Origin: an uncultured cyanobacterium
GTDB taxonomy: Bacteria; Cyanobacteriota; Cyanobacteriia; Cyanobacteriales; Nostocaceae
Assembly: GCA_963740315.1 (NCBI GenBank)
Contig: CAVUDP010000002.1
Location: 2,880,001-2,944,000 of the forward strand
Reading direction: 5' to 3'
Length of the DNA stretch: 64,000 nucleotides
Positions 62,342 through 64,000 of this stretch are shown piece after piece (position 1 is the first letter of the stretch; each line of letters opens with the position of its first letter). The notes under the pieces were generated by a model that worked only from the letters and a program-made list of their open reading frames with translations, was not told where the DNA came from and ran no database searches. The position numbers and the translations under genes are program-made.

Positions 62342-62501
62342 CTAGTAGTAGTCAACCACATAAGTTATGAGGGGTAACACATTCGTAGTGCGTTCGCGTA
62401 GCGTGTCCTCTTAGGACAGCATCTTGCTTGCTCGTATCAACTAGCGAGCAAAATGCTCGCACTACGTAAACCCCTTAAAATTAATGTGGCGGAGTACTAG
62501 T
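62342..62501. mobile_element. MITE-like element inside an ACTGGTT array, with nested palindromes
   Basis: Imperfect terminal inverted repeats CTAGTAG...CCACAT..AGGGGT / ACCCCTT..ATGTGG...TACTAG. Confidence 0.6.
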
Positions 62502-62555
62502 TACTGGTTACTGGTTACTGGTTACTGGTTACTGGTTACTGCTAACTGCTAACTG

Positions 62556-63344
62556 TCAAATCCCGGAGCCATCTAAAAATTCGTCGATCGCTTTATCTTG
62601 CAAACGACATTGGGTATGATGTTCTCTCAAATGTGCTTCACTTAAAACGCGATCGACAACATGATTTTCTCTAAAAGCTACATTTGCAACAGTCTCTGAA
62701 ACGCTTTGCTGCTTTTCTTGTAGATGCTCAATTTGTTCTTCTAACTGCTCGATTCTATCTACTAATGCGCGTATTGCTTGAGCTTCTGCATCTGGCAAAC
62801 GTCCGTGTTCTAAGGGGTCAACTTTTACACCCGAACGATAGACAATTCTACCAGGAACGCCTACTACGGTGCAATCTGAAGGCACATCTCGCAATACAAC
62901 CGAACCCGCGCCGATACGCACGTTGTCACCGATTTGAAGATTTCCCAGCACTTTCGCACCCGCACCAACAACTACGCATTCTCCTAAAGTTGGGTGACGT
63001 TTACCAGTTTCTTTTCCTGTACCACCCAAAGTAACACCTTGGTAAATCAGCGCATTATCTCCAATAATTGCCGTTTCACCAATAACTACGCCCATACCAT
63101 GATCGATAAATACACCCTTACCAATGGTGGCTCCTGGGTGAATTTCAATTCCAGTAAAAAAGCGTGCCAAATGGGAAGTTAGCCGAGGAAGAAAAGGTAT
63201 GCCGACGTTATACATCCAGCGAGCTATTCTATGCATTAGCAACGCTTGCAAACCGGGGTAGCAGAATAATACTTCTAACCAGTTACGAGCCGCCGGATCG
63301 CGTTCAAATATAATACGAAAGTCAGAAATAAATGTTGATAACAC
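62556..63344 (-). CDS. cysE: Serine O-acetyltransferase
   Basis: [39 protein letters not shown], hexapeptide repeats. Confidence 0.98.
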   Translation of the reverse strand: MLSTFISDFRIIFERDPAARNWLEVLFCYPGLQALLMHRIARWMYNVGIPFLPRLTSHLARFFTGIEIHPGATIGKGVFIDHGMGVVIGETAIIGDNALIYQGVTLGGTGKETGKRHPTLGECVVVGAGAKVLGNLQIGDNVRIGAGSVVLRDVPSDCTVVGVPGRIVYRSGVKVDPLEHGRLPDAEAQAIRALVDRIEQLEEQIEHLQEKQQSVSETVANVAFRENHVVDRVLSEAHLREHHTQCRLQDKAIDEFLDGSGI

Positions 63345-63645
63345 GAGTTCGCACCCTCGGAAAGCATTTACAATAGCAAAATTTCATTTTACCGTTCTAT
63401 GGGGACTTTTGGGATAAGGGAGATGGGGAGATGGGGAGATGGGGAGTACTTCGACAAGTCTTACAGTGAGCTACGTCGAACTGCTCAGTAACCTTTGGGG
63501 AGATGGGGAGATGGGGAGATGGGGGGACAAGGGGAAAAATAAATTCTTTATTCATTCCTAACTCCGCTGGTCCTAACTCAATATTCCTAATTCCTAATTC
63601 CTAATTCCCAAGAAGATTATACTTCATTTGTCCGGAAATTTGGAA

Positions 63646-64000
63646 CTATTCATTCAAAGAAAGTTTGTAATTGCGTCTTACGCCTGCTTTAAAACTGCCT
63701 ACCCAGACTTTATAGGTACCTGCTTTCCAGTCGTTGTCATTGATGCTAGCGTCTTTACTTTTACCAGTATCATCACCACAGCGGACTGTTTTATTATCTG
63801 GTCCAACTATTAATAAAGTAGTATCATAGCCATCACTATCAACTTTTATATTTAATTTTGGAAAGTCTTTTTCTAAAACTAAAATATGGTCTGGTTTGGT
63901 ATCTGCAAAACCAATGCACAAATTTCTTTGCCGATCGCGTTTACTGACGGAGGATAAAGAATAAGAACCACCCGTGTAACCTGTTACTGTTTTTTTTACA
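63646..64000 (-). CDS. Hypothetical protein, C-terminal part (PPC-like domain); 5' end outside window
   Basis: Frame open to the window edge: GYTGGSYSL...CIGFADTKPDHIL...DTTLLIVGP...CGDD...GTYKVWVGS. Confidence 0.75.
   Translation of the reverse strand, partial: VKKTVTGYTGGSYSLSSVSKRDRQRNLCIGFADTKPDHILVLEKDFPKLNIKVDSDGYDTTLLIVGPDNKTVRCGDDTGKSKDASINDNDWKAGTYKVWVGSFKAGVRRNYKLSLNE

Overview
AT-rich chromosomal segment of a cyanobacterium. Dense HIP1 (GCGATCGC) sites, 7-8 nt short tandem repeat (STRR) arrays and the fbp-tal-zwf-opcA operon point to a heterocyst-forming Nostocales strain (inferred). Housekeeping genes include ftsZ (3' part), gshB, grxC, hflX, cofG, psbA, aroC, infC, cobB, opcA, zwf, tal, fbp, an RRM protein, nrdJ and cysE. 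Main points: (1) a signalling locus at 5.0-15.3 kb with a four-gene operon (coiled-coil protein; longin/roadblock-like + TM + BON + OmpA-like protein; Rab-like small GTPase; PAS hybrid kinase), next to a PatA-type regulator and a degenerate REC-GGDEF regulator; (2) class II ribonucleotide reductase nrdJ carrying a 407-aa LAGLIDADG intein and a 250-nt ORF-less group I intron that splits the catalytic NPCG|E motif; (3) a TPR-CHAT protease gene interrupted by two different tnpB elements (IS200/IS605 type and IS607 type), with both junctions reconstructable to the base, plus a nonsense codon; (4) a four-helix-bundle gene bracketed by inverted heptamer arrays; (5) a RelE-type toxin pseudogene missing from the ORF track; (6) many small palindromic or nested repeats, some supplying stop codons, one amplified 3x128 bp. 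No rRNA, tRNA or CRISPR array was recognised. All family calls come from motif recognition by eye; no database search was run.
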